This document shows positions 51,431 to 64,000 of a DNA stretch of 64,000 bases, one piece after another. Source of the stretch: Kondoa subrosea (Eukaryota); contig BCIN01000001.1 in NCBI GenBank assembly GCA_039545335.1, positions 62,001 through 126,000 on the forward strand, in the 5' to 3' direction. The translations under genes and the position numbers were made by a program. Within the stretch, counting starts at the first letter, position 1. Every line of letters starts with the position of its first letter. The notes beneath the pieces are model-generated. The model was not told the origin of the DNA. It was given only the letters and a program-made list of their open reading frames with translations, and searched no databases.

Positions 51431-52495
51431 ATGGCTCCATCCGGTCACCTAGAATCCATTGCAATCTTGAAGACAGAAGAGCGGACTGCTCCTAAACCTC
51501 ACACAGTCTATCAGTTATCTATCATAGACTTACATTCTCGTACTTGGTCTCTCTGGAAACGCTATTCCGACTTTCAAGCCTTTGAATCTGAGCTGATCAC
51601 TGAAGTTCACTCCAACCCACCTTTACCTTTACCACCCAAGCATCATTCTTTCTTGACTCCTTGGAAATCTACTTCATCAGATCCAGAATTAGTAGCAGAA
51701 CGCAAGATTGCATTGGAGCGCTATCTTCGTTCTATATTAGTAGCGAAAGATGCGAAATGGAGAGACTCTTTAGCTTGGTCTTCTTTCTTATCTATTCCTT
51801 CAACTCGATCGAACGCAACTCAAGGTTTCACTTTATCAAGTTGGTTGGAAGAACAAAGCAATTTATTAGATCATACCAGATCCATTAGAGCTTTATTATC
51901 GAAAAGAGACGCTTTAGTTAAAGAAGGCGATACTACAGCTGCTCATTCTACTTCTGTTGAAGCAAAGAAATCTTTGGCTGGTTTAGTAGGAGGAATAACG
52001 AAACTAGCTACTTCTTTGGACGAATTAGCTAAACAAGGATTATCGCAAGGGGAATTGAGAAGAAGAAGTGATATGGTTACTCGTTTGCAAGATGAGATGG
52101 AAACTTGTGCAAAACTGGCAAATGGGTTTAAGAGCGTTGCTGTAAGATCTAGTGCACCTCAAGCGAAAGAAGCACCTTCAGCAGATAGACAAGCGTTGCT
52201 AGGGTCGGGCAAACCTGCTGGAAGAGTATTGGGCAAGCAACAGAAATCATTAGAAACGGAAGTCACCAGGCCGCTGGACAATCATGGTCTCTTGCAATTG
52301 CAACATCAAGAGATTGATGATCAGGACGAAAGATTGTCAAGCATTACTGCCGTTATCAGAAGGCAGAGGGAGTTGGGTGTGGCTATCTACAACGAATTGG
52401 AGCAGCAAAATGGCATGCTGGATGACCTGAGTGATGATTTGGATAGAACTGGCAGGAAGTTGGGCAAAGCACGAGACCAGCTCAAGAAGCTCTAA
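51431..52495 (+). CDS. VAM7: PX-domain soluble Qc-SNARE
   Basis: PX: PHTVYQL...WKRYSDF...LPPK...ERKIALERYL; C-terminal SNARE QDERLSSITAVIRRQRELGVAIYNELEQQNGMLDDL; no TM; intronless. Confidence 0.88.
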   Translation: MAPSGHLESIAILKTEERTAPKPHTVYQLSIIDLHSRTWSLWKRYSDFQAFESELITEVHSNPPLPLPPKHHSFLTPWKSTSSDPELVAERKIALERYLRSILVAKDAKWRDSLAWSSFLSIPSTRSNATQGFTLSSWLEEQSNLLDHTRSIRALLSKRDALVKEGDTTAAHSTSVEAKKSLAGLVGGITKLATSLDELAKQGLSQGELRRRSDMVTRLQDEMETCAKLANGFKSVAVRSSAPQAKEAPSADRQALLGSGKPAGRVLGKQQKSLETEVTRPLDNHGLLQLQHQEIDDQDERLSSITAVIRRQRELGVAIYNELEQQNGMLDDLSDDLDRTGRKLGKARDQLKKL

Positions 52496-52780
52496 GATTG
52501 AAGGCGAGTCTCTTGAACTCGTATGAGCTTGCAGCTTATATGGGATCATGGAGAACTCACAGATCTCGGTCGTCAATGTATTCAATACCTTCATCTCCAT
52601 ACTTATCCGCAGATTATTACCATGTTTGTATAGCATCTGATGTATAGTATTTGTATGTAGTTTCGGGTCCTTAGGAAGCGGCCACCTAATCAAAGCATTG
52701 CACTGTATTTTCGATTACATAAGAGGCTCTTCAGAAGACAGCGATATTCAGACGAACTTGGCGCATTGGCTGAAAATTGG

Positions 52781-55700
52781 ATGAGCAAAGATGATGATGG
52801 CGTGGATAGAGCCTTGTACAGGGAAGCTTTCCTCAAGGTGCGAGCGCACAATTGAAAGCCGGATCCCAATTTGACATGCAATTTCCCTTCCAGCTCAAAT
52901 ACATCTGCGTCTCTCTGCTACCTCTCTTGCAGGTCAAGCCTTCTTCTATCTCTCAACTCCTAGTCCTCTTGCGCAAACTCCGCGAGACGTTGTCTTCTAT
53001 ATCTCCCTTGGTGCTTCGACAAGGTCAATTAGCTCAATACGCTTTCTACCCCTTGGCACAACTCTTGCAAATCAATGCTTTACCTATCCTGAACGCACAT
53101 CAATCGGTATTGGAAGAATGTTTCTTGGCTATCCGAGTTCTGGTTGACACCGGTGCTTTGACTAACGAAATCTTACTGCAAATCTGGCTCGTAACTATTC
53201 TAGTTCTGGGTGGTCCTCTTGAATCTAGTTTGGTGTCAAAGAAGAAGACATCTACAGTTCGCGCGAAATGGTCAGAAGAATGTCTATTAGCAACTTGTAC
53301 TACTCTTTACAGTGTACTTCAACAATACAATACCCCTACCGAATTCCCAACAAAGAGTGAAGGCCCTTTTGCTGCTTCTACAAGCCAAACGAAACAAGTC
53401 ATACCTAATCCAGTCTTAGCGCATACGCTCACTTCTCTGCTTGATCAAGCTCAACAGAGCAAATTAACCGATTTGCGCTCTATTTCTCTTCAATCTCTTG
53501 CTCTGCTTGTTAAAGACCATATGCAATCGGACGAAACTGAATTAGATCTCATAGTCCAATTCTTACCCGGAACAGTCTCGAGTTTATGCAAGATCATCGC
53601 AGGAGGGAAGGAAGGTATCCAAACCGGTGGAGAGAAGAGTGTCATACTAGTTTTAGCTATTGGAGTATTGAGATCAATGGTCGAAGGAAGTTTAAACGAG
53701 AAGAAATGTCAAGAGGTCTTGAAAGAACAAGCGAAATTGGAAAATCGAGTCGATAGGCTTGAAGATTTCGTGATGTACGGCAAAACCGATGTTGTAGAGC
53801 AAGAGAAGGGCAAACCACAGATTGGGAAAGTGGAGAAAACACCTGCTTGGTTAAGAGCAACTTCTCAACAAATACATTTAGCTCTTGAAGCTATTCTACC
53901 CAGTATCAAGAATCATCTATCTCCGAAAGTCAGGGAAGCCTTTATTCTTTTTTCAGCAGACCTGCTGGAAAAGTGCTATGCGACATTACAACCAAATACG
54001 CGACGATTACTGATCGAATGTCTCATCTCAGCGACGGAAGATGATTGGCCTCAAGTCTCCTCTAAATCTACTCTTCGCCTGACCAATCTTACGCAGATAC
54101 AAGCTCATCTGGTTACGGTCATAGCCGATATTCTGCAATCCACTCTTTCCAGTCTTCCTCAGAACATCTTCTCCTACGGCGACGACGAAAGTAAGCTCTT
54201 GCACAGTATCAACCTATTGAATGGTTCGGCATCAATATTCGCTTCGCTGTCTTCCGGATTCGGTACTCAATTCTATGGCGCAGAAAGATGGAGCTGGACT
54301 TTACTTCGAGCCGTCGAGTTCGGTCGCCTACCTGGTTTCGATGCTCAAGATAGTACTACAAGGGCATGGATTTCTGCCTCCTCGAATCTGCCTTCAAAGA
54401 ATACCGATCAATCGCTCGTTCCTTTTCCTTCCTTACTTATGTCTCGAATACCGTCTGTTCCACTACAGTATAAGCTAGGAATAGCTCTACAAGCACTGTC
54501 TAAAGCCTTTGCTAGCTCGGAAGATCAAGCAGCTCTATTGATTGAACACTTTCTGGGCATAGCAAGCGGCGGATTCAGTCCTGCTTTAAGATCCAGCGCC
54601 TGGTGGATGGTTGGTGTATTGCTACAAGGCTTATCGGAAGACGATCAAGTGAAGGCTGGCAGTGTGAAGATCGCTCGAAGTGTAGTGAAAGCGTTCGTGC
54701 AGATGGAGAATCAGGAGCCAGAAGAAGAGAACAACCCTGTTCAAGCTCAAGAAGAAAGTGAAGCGCTGATACCGGTGGAAAGAATGAGAGGATCAACAGC
54801 TGTTGCTACTTTGTTGGATGACTATGCCGGTGGATCTGGTCCGAATACGGCCATTGAGAATGCGAAAAGGGATCGACAATCGCAAACAACTGTTTCCACT
54901 TGTTTGGCTCTTCGATCTTTGGCTGCTGCTTCCGCACTACTTGAAGCATCGTTCCGCTCAGAGTTGCTTTCAACGCTTTATCTCGTTCTCGCTCATCTTG
55001 GCGATTCGTCTCATATTGTATTGAGAGAACACGCTGAGGTCTGTCTCGCGCACTTGGCATACTACTCTGGCTATGCATCGACCCAGAACCTCATCTTCGA
55101 CAATGTTGATTACATTGTGAATTCAGTTTCGCAACGCCTTACTATTGCTAGACTAGATCCTCAAGCTCCAACGGTTCTGGTATCGGTCATTCGTCTGGTC
55201 GGCTCGCCTATTGTGCCGCTCATCCAAGACGTAGTAGATGACATTTTTGATGGTTTGGACAATTTTCATGGCTACGATATCTTTTGTTCCCGACTGTTGG
55301 CTGTTTTAGACGCACTAATGAAAGCTATGGAAATAAGCGAACCACCTGACTTGTCGAAAAAGGAGCCAGTGTCAAAACCTTTCCCTGATCCCAATCCTCC
55401 TTCCGATCTTGCCGACTTCCAAGTATGGTACAAAGCCAGACAATTACCCGATGAAGAAGACCTGGATGATGATCCCTTCGATGGTAAAGCTTCCGCGGAA
55501 GCTTTCCGTGCGACAGCTGCTAAAGCTCAAGAAGGAACAGAAGAACATGACATGGACGCAATGAGTGGTCAGCAAGATGAGAAACCAGCTGCAACAAGAT
55601 CCCAGGCCATCTGTACAGCAATTCTATCTAAAGCTCTGTACTTTCTCGGTCACTCTTCCCCCTTCTTGAGAGCTCGAGTACTTTCCCTTATATCTTCAGG

Positions 55701-56280
55701 CGTACCTATCCTAGGCGGCAATTCTCGCGAATCAGATCTTCTGCCTCTCATTAACAAAGCTTGGCCAATAATTCTGAACAGATTAACGGATAGAGAACCA
55801 TCTGTAGTTCTGGAAGCCGCAGCTTTAATTGAATCCTTATCGACCTATGTTGGCGATTTCATCTGTCGTAAAGTCTTGGACGATGCTTGGCCAATTTTCA
55901 TCAAACTCCTTCAAGGTCAAGCACAACACGATTCCAAATCAGCTATAGCAGGTCGTTCACCTTTCACCGCTTCACATCGTCTGTACATATCAATATTGAC
56001 TACCATGAGGCTAGTCACTCTCAACGTTCCGCTTCGCGACAACGTCGAATGGGACTTCTGCACCACCTTTGTTCGATTTTTGGACAATAAGCTCGATTCC
56101 GCATTACAATCTTCCGCTATACTATTGTTCGAAGCTCTTAAAACTGTCAATTCGGAAGCTGTTTTGTTGGTCTTGAGTAACGTTGGACCAAATGCAGGTG
56201 CTGGACTAAACCATTTGGAGATGGCCGAACCAGACAATTATTGGGTCAATACTGAGCTATTACTGGCCACAGGATATTAG
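52781..56280 (+). CDS. TTI1: TEL2-interacting protein 1 (TTT complex HEAT-repeat protein)
   Basis: MSKDDDGVDRALYREAFLK|LKYICVSLL (intron 52838-52893); FLPGTVSSL, LIFDNVDYIVNSVS, LIQDVVDDIFDGLDNFHGY, LLPLINKAWP. Confidence 0.88.
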
Positions 56281-56631
56281 CCATTCGACAATGTGAGGTC
56301 AACTACTGCAGCGTGATCGTACTGCTGACATAAATTGTTGACAAGGTCCTCGCGTAATATAGGACTTTAAGGCAGCAAGGCACAAAGTCGTACATCCACG
56401 ACATCGTTATCACCATGACCGTCTTACATCATTCACGTGAGATGTTTCGCTCGGGTTTCGTGCTATCCTCAGCGCCTCCCTCCACAGCAATGGCAACTTT
56501 CAGTTTTAGGAGTCGCATATTTTGCATTAAGCAGCATGATTAAGTAGATACAGCATGATTAGTAAATATATGTATGTTTAGATTATGCATGGTATACACA
56601 GCATTCTTACTCTATACCATCCAGAAAATGA

Positions 56632-58770
56632 TCACTTCTTGTTGACCCGCAACAGACATAACTGCTTGTACCGATTCGATTTCGTCCAAATTGTCGAGGG
56701 TAGATAAAGCGTTCTAGTCAGCAGAGGAGATCGAGCAGAATCGAGAACTGGGTAGCAGGCAACTTCTTTTGTTCCCCCGAAATGATTCTGAGGTGATTCC
56801 GCGATTAAGAAATCGCAAACATCCGGTGAGACCTGTTTTCGTCTCAAGCTTGCAGCCTTCACATGCTTTCGCATCGAGAAGAGCGACTGACATATTGATC
56901 GGGTTCCTCTTCATTCCGATTATTGAAGTGCCCTTCATGTCTCCTCGTCACATCCCAAACCATCTCATCGCTTTTCATTGCACTGAAATGTTTAGGCATA
57001 ATATCCTTTAACGAACTCTTGATGAACCTCGTTTTCATTCCGGAAGGCAACATGTAATGCGAAGGAAAGCGATACCAATCTCTTCCGTAGCATAAAGTTG
57101 TATTGCTAGTAGTATTAAGCGAATGAAGTGGTTGTAAGACCAAAGTAGGTGCACGATAATAATTGTGTAATGCTGCGATTCGAGAAATTGAAATAAGGAC
57201 GAAGAAGCTAATGACAGCTTTAGCGAAAACTGAGGCAAGAGTTTCACCACGACCGTGCTTTTCAAAGGATCAACTGCATTCCAGTACGTTGCAAGAGAAT
57301 AGCTCACCTGCTTCTTCTTTGGTCTGAAACGCAAATACATCTGTTCAATCCATCCTCTGATCAAGTACAGGGTAGCCGCAGCATTGAAACAGATTAGAGC
57401 ATAAGCTGGAAACATGAAGCGTTCTTCTTTATGGGGCTGAAGAGTCAAAACAATGAACCAAAGATAAAAAGGAACTAGTCGAAAGCTGAGAACAGAAAAG
57501 GTTGATATTTCTTCAATCTTTGGTTTGCCTCCTAATTGCTTGTAAGCGAATAATCGAGTGAGAATCAAAGCTGGACCGGAAGTGAGAGCTAAGAGGAAAG
57601 CGACGTTGAAGTTCAGGAGGCCGTTGAGGATGTAATAGCTCCATGATTCTGTGCCGTACAGTTCTGGACCACCTGAATTCCCAAAGATGTTATAGGAGAC
57701 GATGTTCCAAGGAGCGATAACCAGACGACCGTAGAAGAGCGAATCTAGGAATATCATAGGAACCTGATCGCTGTAAGTGGATATCGAGCGAACATACATC
57801 AAGCTTACCAAGATTGCGCCGCCCGATAGCAAAGCAGCGCGAATGAGATTACCGCATCGTTGTGATATTGGCGATCTCGCTGATCTGGGTTCAATAGCTG
57901 ATGCAGTGAAGATGTGTTCGATGACAAATGGGATGCCTAGAATAGCAGCAAAAGGCCAGCCGAAAAGCGCACTTGCTCCAAAGCAGGAGATAGCGTGTTG
58001 GATCTGAGTATTGGATCTTTTGGGGACCATGGCGTAGACGAATGCCAGGTTCGTAAAGTGTAGAGAGAAAGAGGAGGGTAGAAAGGCTAATAAAGAAGTT
58101 CAACAGAAGGCTGTCCAACTTTTAAGTTCCTACGTACCGGTTGAAGCGCTCCACATGCCAGTGCTGAAGACTAGAAAGACAAGAAAGTATCGAGCTAGTC
58201 GAATGTTGATCTGCCGCGCAATAACTTGATAAAGCTGAGCCTCAATAGCAGCAGAAAGCAGAGCAAAGGTGAGTCGAAGAGCATAGAAGGCGACCCTCTA
58301 CTGGGCAGTCAGTATCGCATAGGATGGCAGTCGCACAAGCTTACCTTATCCTTGCTTATTAACGCTGCTAGCTTGACAACAGGTAAATGTCCAAGTAAGT
58401 AAGCCCAACTTCGGATAGCGAAAGCAGGCGCATATTCCCAAGTTTGAAAACCATAGCCATGTTGCAAGAAATGCAGCGGTTCCCAATAGTTGTAGACTTT
58501 CATGCTTCTCATTCAGCTTGCCTTAGCTATATATGTCTGGCTGGAGTCTTACCTTCATCACAGTCACTTATGGAAGAATACAGGGCAGCCAACAACCGAA
58601 CAAAGATGAGCTGACGAAAGGCAAGACTTGCTGTTTACAATGTGCATGAGTGCTGAGATTCTGCGTTGGATACGGGATAGCTTGCCATCTGGTGCCCAAG
58701 GTGAACGCGTCGAGACTCTGATTCTATCCTTCAGCAACGGGTCTATCTGTACAACCGGTCTTTGCTTCAT
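56632..58770 (-). CDS. ALG9: Alpha-1,2-mannosyltransferase (GT22)
   Basis: ISDCDE|VYNYWEPLHFL...GFQTWEYAPAFAIRSWAY, AFLPSSF, GWPFAA, GPELYGTESWSYY, QPHKEERFMFPAY, CYGRDWYRFPSHY. Confidence 0.95.
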
Positions 58771-59644
58771 GACAACAGGCGATTCTCATAAGTTACGTCA
58801 AAGCCTACTAAGTGAATACATGAAGGAGCGCGCGCAACCGAGCTAGGAGGAGAAGAATATATGTTTCCATTTGAACACAGTACTATGAGAAAAGCATGCA
58901 ATCCTTTGAACACGATTAATCAACACTCGATACCTATCAAACGGAACTGTAAGCAAAGCTATACCACAGATCAGCGAATACTCGTCAGACTCAAACAAGG
59001 CGATTGAACATAGCCCTTCATACGACAATTGCGAGAAGATGGTTTCAATGCGATTGAAACGCTCAAATTCATTAAATCAGATTTTTGTTTTGGAGTTGAA
59101 TCAAGAGGGGAAGAAGAAATATGATGAAAGAGAAGGACAGTAAAGAACTAACCTAATGGTATATATTGTGAGCTTAGACTTGAAAAGTTTTGCATGAAAA
59201 TTTGGGATGGAAAAATGTATTGGTGCATTGAGCAGCCTGTATCGGTGGTAAAGAATCACGACCAGTCTTTCCTATATAGCACCAATGTCCTTCGTCTTGC
59301 ATAACACGGCTCGAGGGCCCAATGGCACTGATTTTCCCATTGCAAGGGTCCTTCTAAGATGAACAGACACCTTGCGAGATAGACAGCGTGGCATATCCTG
59401 AACACAATGTCAGGCACAGTACAGATGAAAGGGCATCGAAACTCACGTTTGCGTCTTTTTGATGGTTTAAGACAGGCTGAATACCAGCATTTCTGCATTT
59501 TTTCCGGAACGCTGTCGGTCCCTGTACAGCCTCATGAATGAGCTCACTCTGCAAGACCTGCATGTACTACACGCTCTGTAGCACCGGAGGATGCCATTGA
59601 TGCCTTGACAACACGCGAAGGAACTTCCGATCATTGTTTACACG

Positions 59645-62114
59645 ATGCAAGGTCTGGGAGCCTCGCCAGCAGCCAGCAATAGAGGACTGCACCGTAGAGG
59701 TAAATACTTATGCATCCTACACGTCTATGAGCTGAACCAAGGCGTAAGTGCTTTCTACCGCTTTGGAACAAGGTCCTAGTAGTCCGCCGAGTAGACGCAA
59801 GACAGCAGCAATAGTAACACCAAGCAAACCGGTAGCTCGTAATTTGATCCGAGAACAATGGAGGAAACGTATTCAAGCTCTTTGGAGATCTACTTCAGGC
59901 TTGGTCAAGATCTTAGCTATTTCCAGTATAGCTGTTGGCTTTCTCTTGACAGCATGGCTACTCCTTTGGCACGATGAAGAAGTCAAAGCCACATCCATCA
60001 GATCTGCAGATCCTGATATCTCCTTGAGTTTGTCTGTTGTCTATTATGAAAGCAAAGCTCATGGATGTCGGCAGGGCGACAAGCTTATCCACCTCAGCGC
60101 TATCGAGATGTCATCCTTCCTGAGCAACCCTCTGAGCAATCCATCAGACTATTCCATGTTACTCAATCTTTCGGTCCAAGTCTGAGTGAAGACTTTAACG
60201 ATCTCAACAGACATGTCTTGACTGCCCTCGCAGTACGACAACAAGAATCTCCTCTTTACAATACATCAATCATCATGCCCGCTTATCAAAATATCCGAAA
60301 GAAATACCGAGGTCAAATTAAGAAGTTTGCTGAACTGAATACAATGATGGACAAACCTGTCGACTTTCGAGTCTCCTTGCTCAAATGGAATCATACTTCG
60401 GTGATAGAAGAATCGAGAACCACTTACAATACCATAAATGTCTTTCTCGTCGAACCTGGCGATCGAAAACCATACAAAGAACCTTTCAAGCCAAATCGTG
60501 AGGGTTGGAGTCTCAGTGCACAGGATCTGTACTTTGCCAAAGCTGCATCTGAATTGGTTCGGTACATTTCCACGGAAGAGGGTACTATTTTCTTCGATCA
60601 AGTCATGCAGGACGACTCAGAAGAAGAAGGGAAATCGGATATGCGCACAATAGTCCATGTACATGGATCTAATTCAGCTCTGGTCCTTCCTTTCCTCCGA
60701 CGGACAACAACAGGCATTGCAGATCCGACAGAAGATCCGCTGCTCTCCCTCCCTACTATCTATTCATTACACGACGATCTGTCCCGAGAACTACTTACCT
60801 ATATCCCAGATAATCTTCTCTCGCCTTACTTCTCGCAAGCTAGTTTGATCGAATCACTTAATCGCGCAGACTTTATCCATTTTCCAGACGTTCTCTTCCC
60901 GTCTACTATCGGTATACAACAAGCAGATCAAATCATTCTCCCTTCATATCAACTCGCACATAATCTGATGCAACAGATAGCGCATCCTATACTCCAAGAA
61001 ATCATTTTACCTGATTTACTCAAGTTGAATAAAGAAGAGCGTTTCCATGGATTAGAAAGCGATTCAGATGTGCATCGACTCATCAGTACAGCGGCGAGAG
61101 AGTTACAGATCGATTCGATCGATATCAATTTGCTCAAGTCGGAAGCTAGGCAACGATTTTCTGGATCTTCAGAATTGGATGACCAGACTATCATCATATA
61201 TCATCATCTTACTCGTCACTCTCTTCATATTGAATCACTTGAAGCTTTGCTTGCGCAAATCAACGAACAGAAATACGTCCTGCTGCTTTCGGCCAACCCT
61301 GCTCAGTCTATTCCTAGTCATCTCAAGGCTTTGCTCAATAACCGATATCAATTACTCACCAAGCCTGAAGAGTTCAATCTCGCCTTCCTTTCTAGCGATT
61401 TTCTGCTTCCAGACGCTTCACTGTCTTACGCAAGTTACAGGCGTCAAACTTCTTTAGCAGCAGCATTGGGTATTCAAATCCTTCATCTCAATACACCTCT
61501 GACTATCGAACCACTTGTGAACGTTGGCGAATTCTACGATCCTTTTGAAGAAATTTATCAAGGTCCTTATTCTATTGATGTGAGAAGTGTGAATCGCACT
61601 ATATGGGAGTATGAACCTCGTCAACGGGTGGAACATATCGATTCGATGCAGCCGCAAGATAATGCTTTTTACCAAGTGAGTGATTCCGCTTATTTGATAA
61701 ACTTGGGTAATTGAACTGATTCGGAGAGAATGTCAGTATGATGCGATTTATAATCAAGCCCTCAACAGAATCAAAGAACATACGCATCATCCACCTGAAT
61801 CGTCGCTCGATTTTGATGAAGAAGGGGAAGAATTGAGCTATTTCGCAATAGAGGAACAAGATCCGAAACCTGTCATACCCGGAAAAGTGAGAAGAAGTCC
61901 TGCTGCTCTATTACCGTTGGTTCCAGTCAGTCGGAATGTACAAAAAGGTAGTAAAGTGAAAGATGTTGTGAATACTGTCAAGGAGAAGAAGATCAAAACC
62001 AAGCAGAAGCAAAAGAAGAAGAAGAAAACAGGGAAGAAGACTACTAAGAGCAAGAAGAGCGCTGACGGACAAGGCTTGAGGAAGTGGTTGCCGACATTTG
62101 GGTCCGGGAAGTGA
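59645..62114 (+). CDS. Type II membrane protein with divergent GT-B (GT5/starch-synthase-like) domain
   Basis: One N-terminal TM (LAISSIAVGFLLTAWLLLW); FHVTQSFGP...LTALA...SIIMPAY; IVHVHGSNSALV...PTIYSLHD resemble the GT5 N-domain; Lys-rich C-tail; 3 introns. Confidence 0.6.
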
Positions 62115-62397
62115 ATAAAAAGTAATAAAGTCGTTTAAGGGGATGTATTACAATTGTACAACTTGTTGTATTTGCATCATATATACACTTGAATTCGAAG
62201 CTGCTTGCGAACGATTTAGGCGATTGCCTTGATAATCTAAAATTGACCGTGCCAACATTGCTGGGCGATGCTGATTTGTACACATGAGCAATGAAACGAA
62301 AAGGGACGTGGAGACTTACGATATGGAGACCGAATCAGGATCCAAAAATTATGGCCTGTCCAACACTTGGCCCAAATTCCATGATTCCGTCTAAAAC

Positions 62398-63129
62398 TCA
62401 ACACCTTGCCGTTTTCCTCCTCCTATTGTTCGGCCTCCCATCTACCGCAACAGCCAGATTCTTCCCATGCAATCCCATATCGTGCAAAATGCTTGGAGTC
62501 CCTGACCTCGGCCGACAATCGCTTTCCTGTTTTGGTGATCTTATTTGTTCGGAGGCTGATCCAGGATGACAGAGAGGTTCCGATGTAGAAGAAGAAAGGG
62601 AAGAAGGTGAAGCAGGAGGGGAAGAAAGTCGTTTGGCTGCTTTTGCTATTGGACAAGTCGCACGTTTGAAGTAAAGTTTCTTTGGTGATTTGCACGTAGA
62701 ATTCGTAGAAGGGATGATGAGAGGTGTTAGAGAAGTTTGCTGAGAGGCTGGAGGGGAAGTATGCCTTCTGATCTTGCTGAAATGTTGCTTGCAGGTCGAC
62801 TGCTTGATCTCGGCCGGGTTAGTGATGTCTTTTATATACGGAACCAGTGGTGCTTCGTCCACTAGCGTTGTATCTGAGGAGAAGGAGATGATGGAAGGGG
62901 CCTTCTTGGGTTCTTGCTCTGAAAAATGTACTGAAAGAGTAGAAGATGTTGTCGAAGTGGAAGAAACCTTGCGGACTGGAGCAGGGCGAGGTCGTTGATC
63001 ACTTGCAGATCTGGTGACTTTGACAGGAAAGAGCAGACGATAGACCGACTGGATGATGCCTAAGCAGGACAGATACAAAGAGTAGAAATAAATTTTAGCT
63101 GAAAGGGAGCTGTTCTGTGGCTGCTGCAT
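62398..63129 (-). CDS. Hypothetical Ser/Pro-rich protein with N-terminal hydrophobic segment
   Basis: Long ORF; ATG at 63129 gives MQQPQNSSLSAKIYFYSLYLSCLGIIQSVYRLLFP. Confidence 0.55.
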   Translation of the reverse strand: MQQPQNSSLSAKIYFYSLYLSCLGIIQSVYRLLFPVKVTRSASDQRPRPAPVRKVSSTSTTSSTLSVHFSEQEPKKAPSIISFSSDTTLVDEAPLVPYIKDITNPAEIKQSTCKQHFSKIRRHTSPPASQQTSLTPLIIPSTNSTCKSPKKLYFKRATCPIAKAAKRLSSPPASPSSLSSSTSEPLCHPGSASEQIRSPKQESDCRPRSGTPSILHDMGLHGKNLAVAVDGRPNNRRRKTARC

Positions 63130-64000
63130 CGCGTGCGCTATGAGTTGAGCAGGATTGGTGGTCCAGAGAGAAAGCAACAGGGTGAAATCTGAGAACGGAC
63201 TAGGCGAGGCCGAAGAGATGCGAATCTGATTACTTTCCTCGGTTTTCGGATTCTGTGATGACCGCTGTGCCGAGCTTGAAACACGCAGGAGACCGCTTCT
63301 ATTCCAGTCTGTAGTGTCGTCGCGAGAAGAGAGACGAAAACCAACTTTACTCAGCAAATTCCTACTTCAGCTAAGCTGGGCGCCGTGTTCCCGCTTATTA
63401 AGTCGAGACACGTGTTAAGAAGAGTCATCTGAGATGGTTGCTCAGAAAGCATGAGTACAACAACGTGTCACGTTCATAGACAGATCGCAGCTGTCAGTGC
63501 GTGAGCTGACAGATTACAGCTTCAAATGAGGAAGTTATAGTCTTTTGTCTGATCTGATCCATTTGTTGAATTACCTGCAGGCCACGGATGGTGCCCGATC
63601 GGTATAACACAAGCGATTGTCAGCTTCTCTCTTAGGTTAGCCACGAGAGTACTATTGACTATTTGTACATCTTCCGAAAGTGATGCTGACGAGAGAGCGA
63701 AACCTTGCGAACCCTGCGTGTGGCCCCAAAGATACACATAGTGGTGCAGTCACAGAAATAATGAAAGATCATCATGCCCAGCAGGGCAACAATCGCAAGT
63801 CCACAAATAGCAAGACAAGAGCTTTACGGTGCATGGACACGCTGCAAACAGTACAATCTGCGACACGCTTTGAGGAAGGAGAAGAAGAAGAAGAAGAGAC
63901 GCGGGGCTTCTATGATGCCTCAGATCTCCACAGCAACTTTAAGTGGTGAAGGAGACTGGAAAAGAACACATTTGCTGCATAAACCAGAGATTTGCTCTTG

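Noticed and set aside
56532..56568. Imperfect tandem repeat cagcatgatt(a)agta(g/a)ata x2
   Set aside because: Two short copies in a 3' intergenic region; ordinary slippage, not CRISPR-like
62291..62569. Plus-strand 92-aa ORF with a hydrophobic stretch
   Set aside because: Antisense shadow of the 62398-63129 ORF; no independent support
63680..64000. Short ORFs at the window end
   Set aside because: Ambiguous strand, truncated by the window edge; may be the 3' end/UTR of a minus-strand gene

Overview
Gene-dense eukaryotic DNA (~45% GC) with many short GT-AG introns (about 45-65 nt; donors GTRAGT/GTGCGT/GTCAGT/GTACGT; CTRAC branch sites). It is most likely from a basidiomycete fungus, probably Pucciniomycotina-like (inference). 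Manual splicing gives about 29 protein-coding genes. Housekeeping genes include RBM18-like, TRM5, LAS1, CRAL-TRIO, Pil1-like, septin CDC12, GPI11, a MOV10/SDE3-like helicase, PPWD1 cyclophilin, YPD1, VDAC, eIF3i, an S10 carboxypeptidase, VAM7, TTI1 and ALG9. The best novelty candidate is a tandem pair of secreted proteins (1745-3207, 3809-5883) hidden from the ORF track by introns. After splicing they show an LPMO-like copper histidine brace (His1 after the signal peptide, NNHxGGF, YxxQW, FYRNCANIKISGG) but do not obviously match the fungal AA families I can recall. Also notable: a two-finger C2H2 gene whose 11 coding introns are all phase 0, a LysM+GH23 secreted enzyme with a 3-nt microexon, tandem MYND paralogs, a GT5-like membrane protein lacking the KxGG motif, an orphan multi-exon secreted protein, and a 56-bp tandem intergenic gap. 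I recognised no tRNA, rRNA, CRISPR array or transposase. All exon structures are manual predictions.
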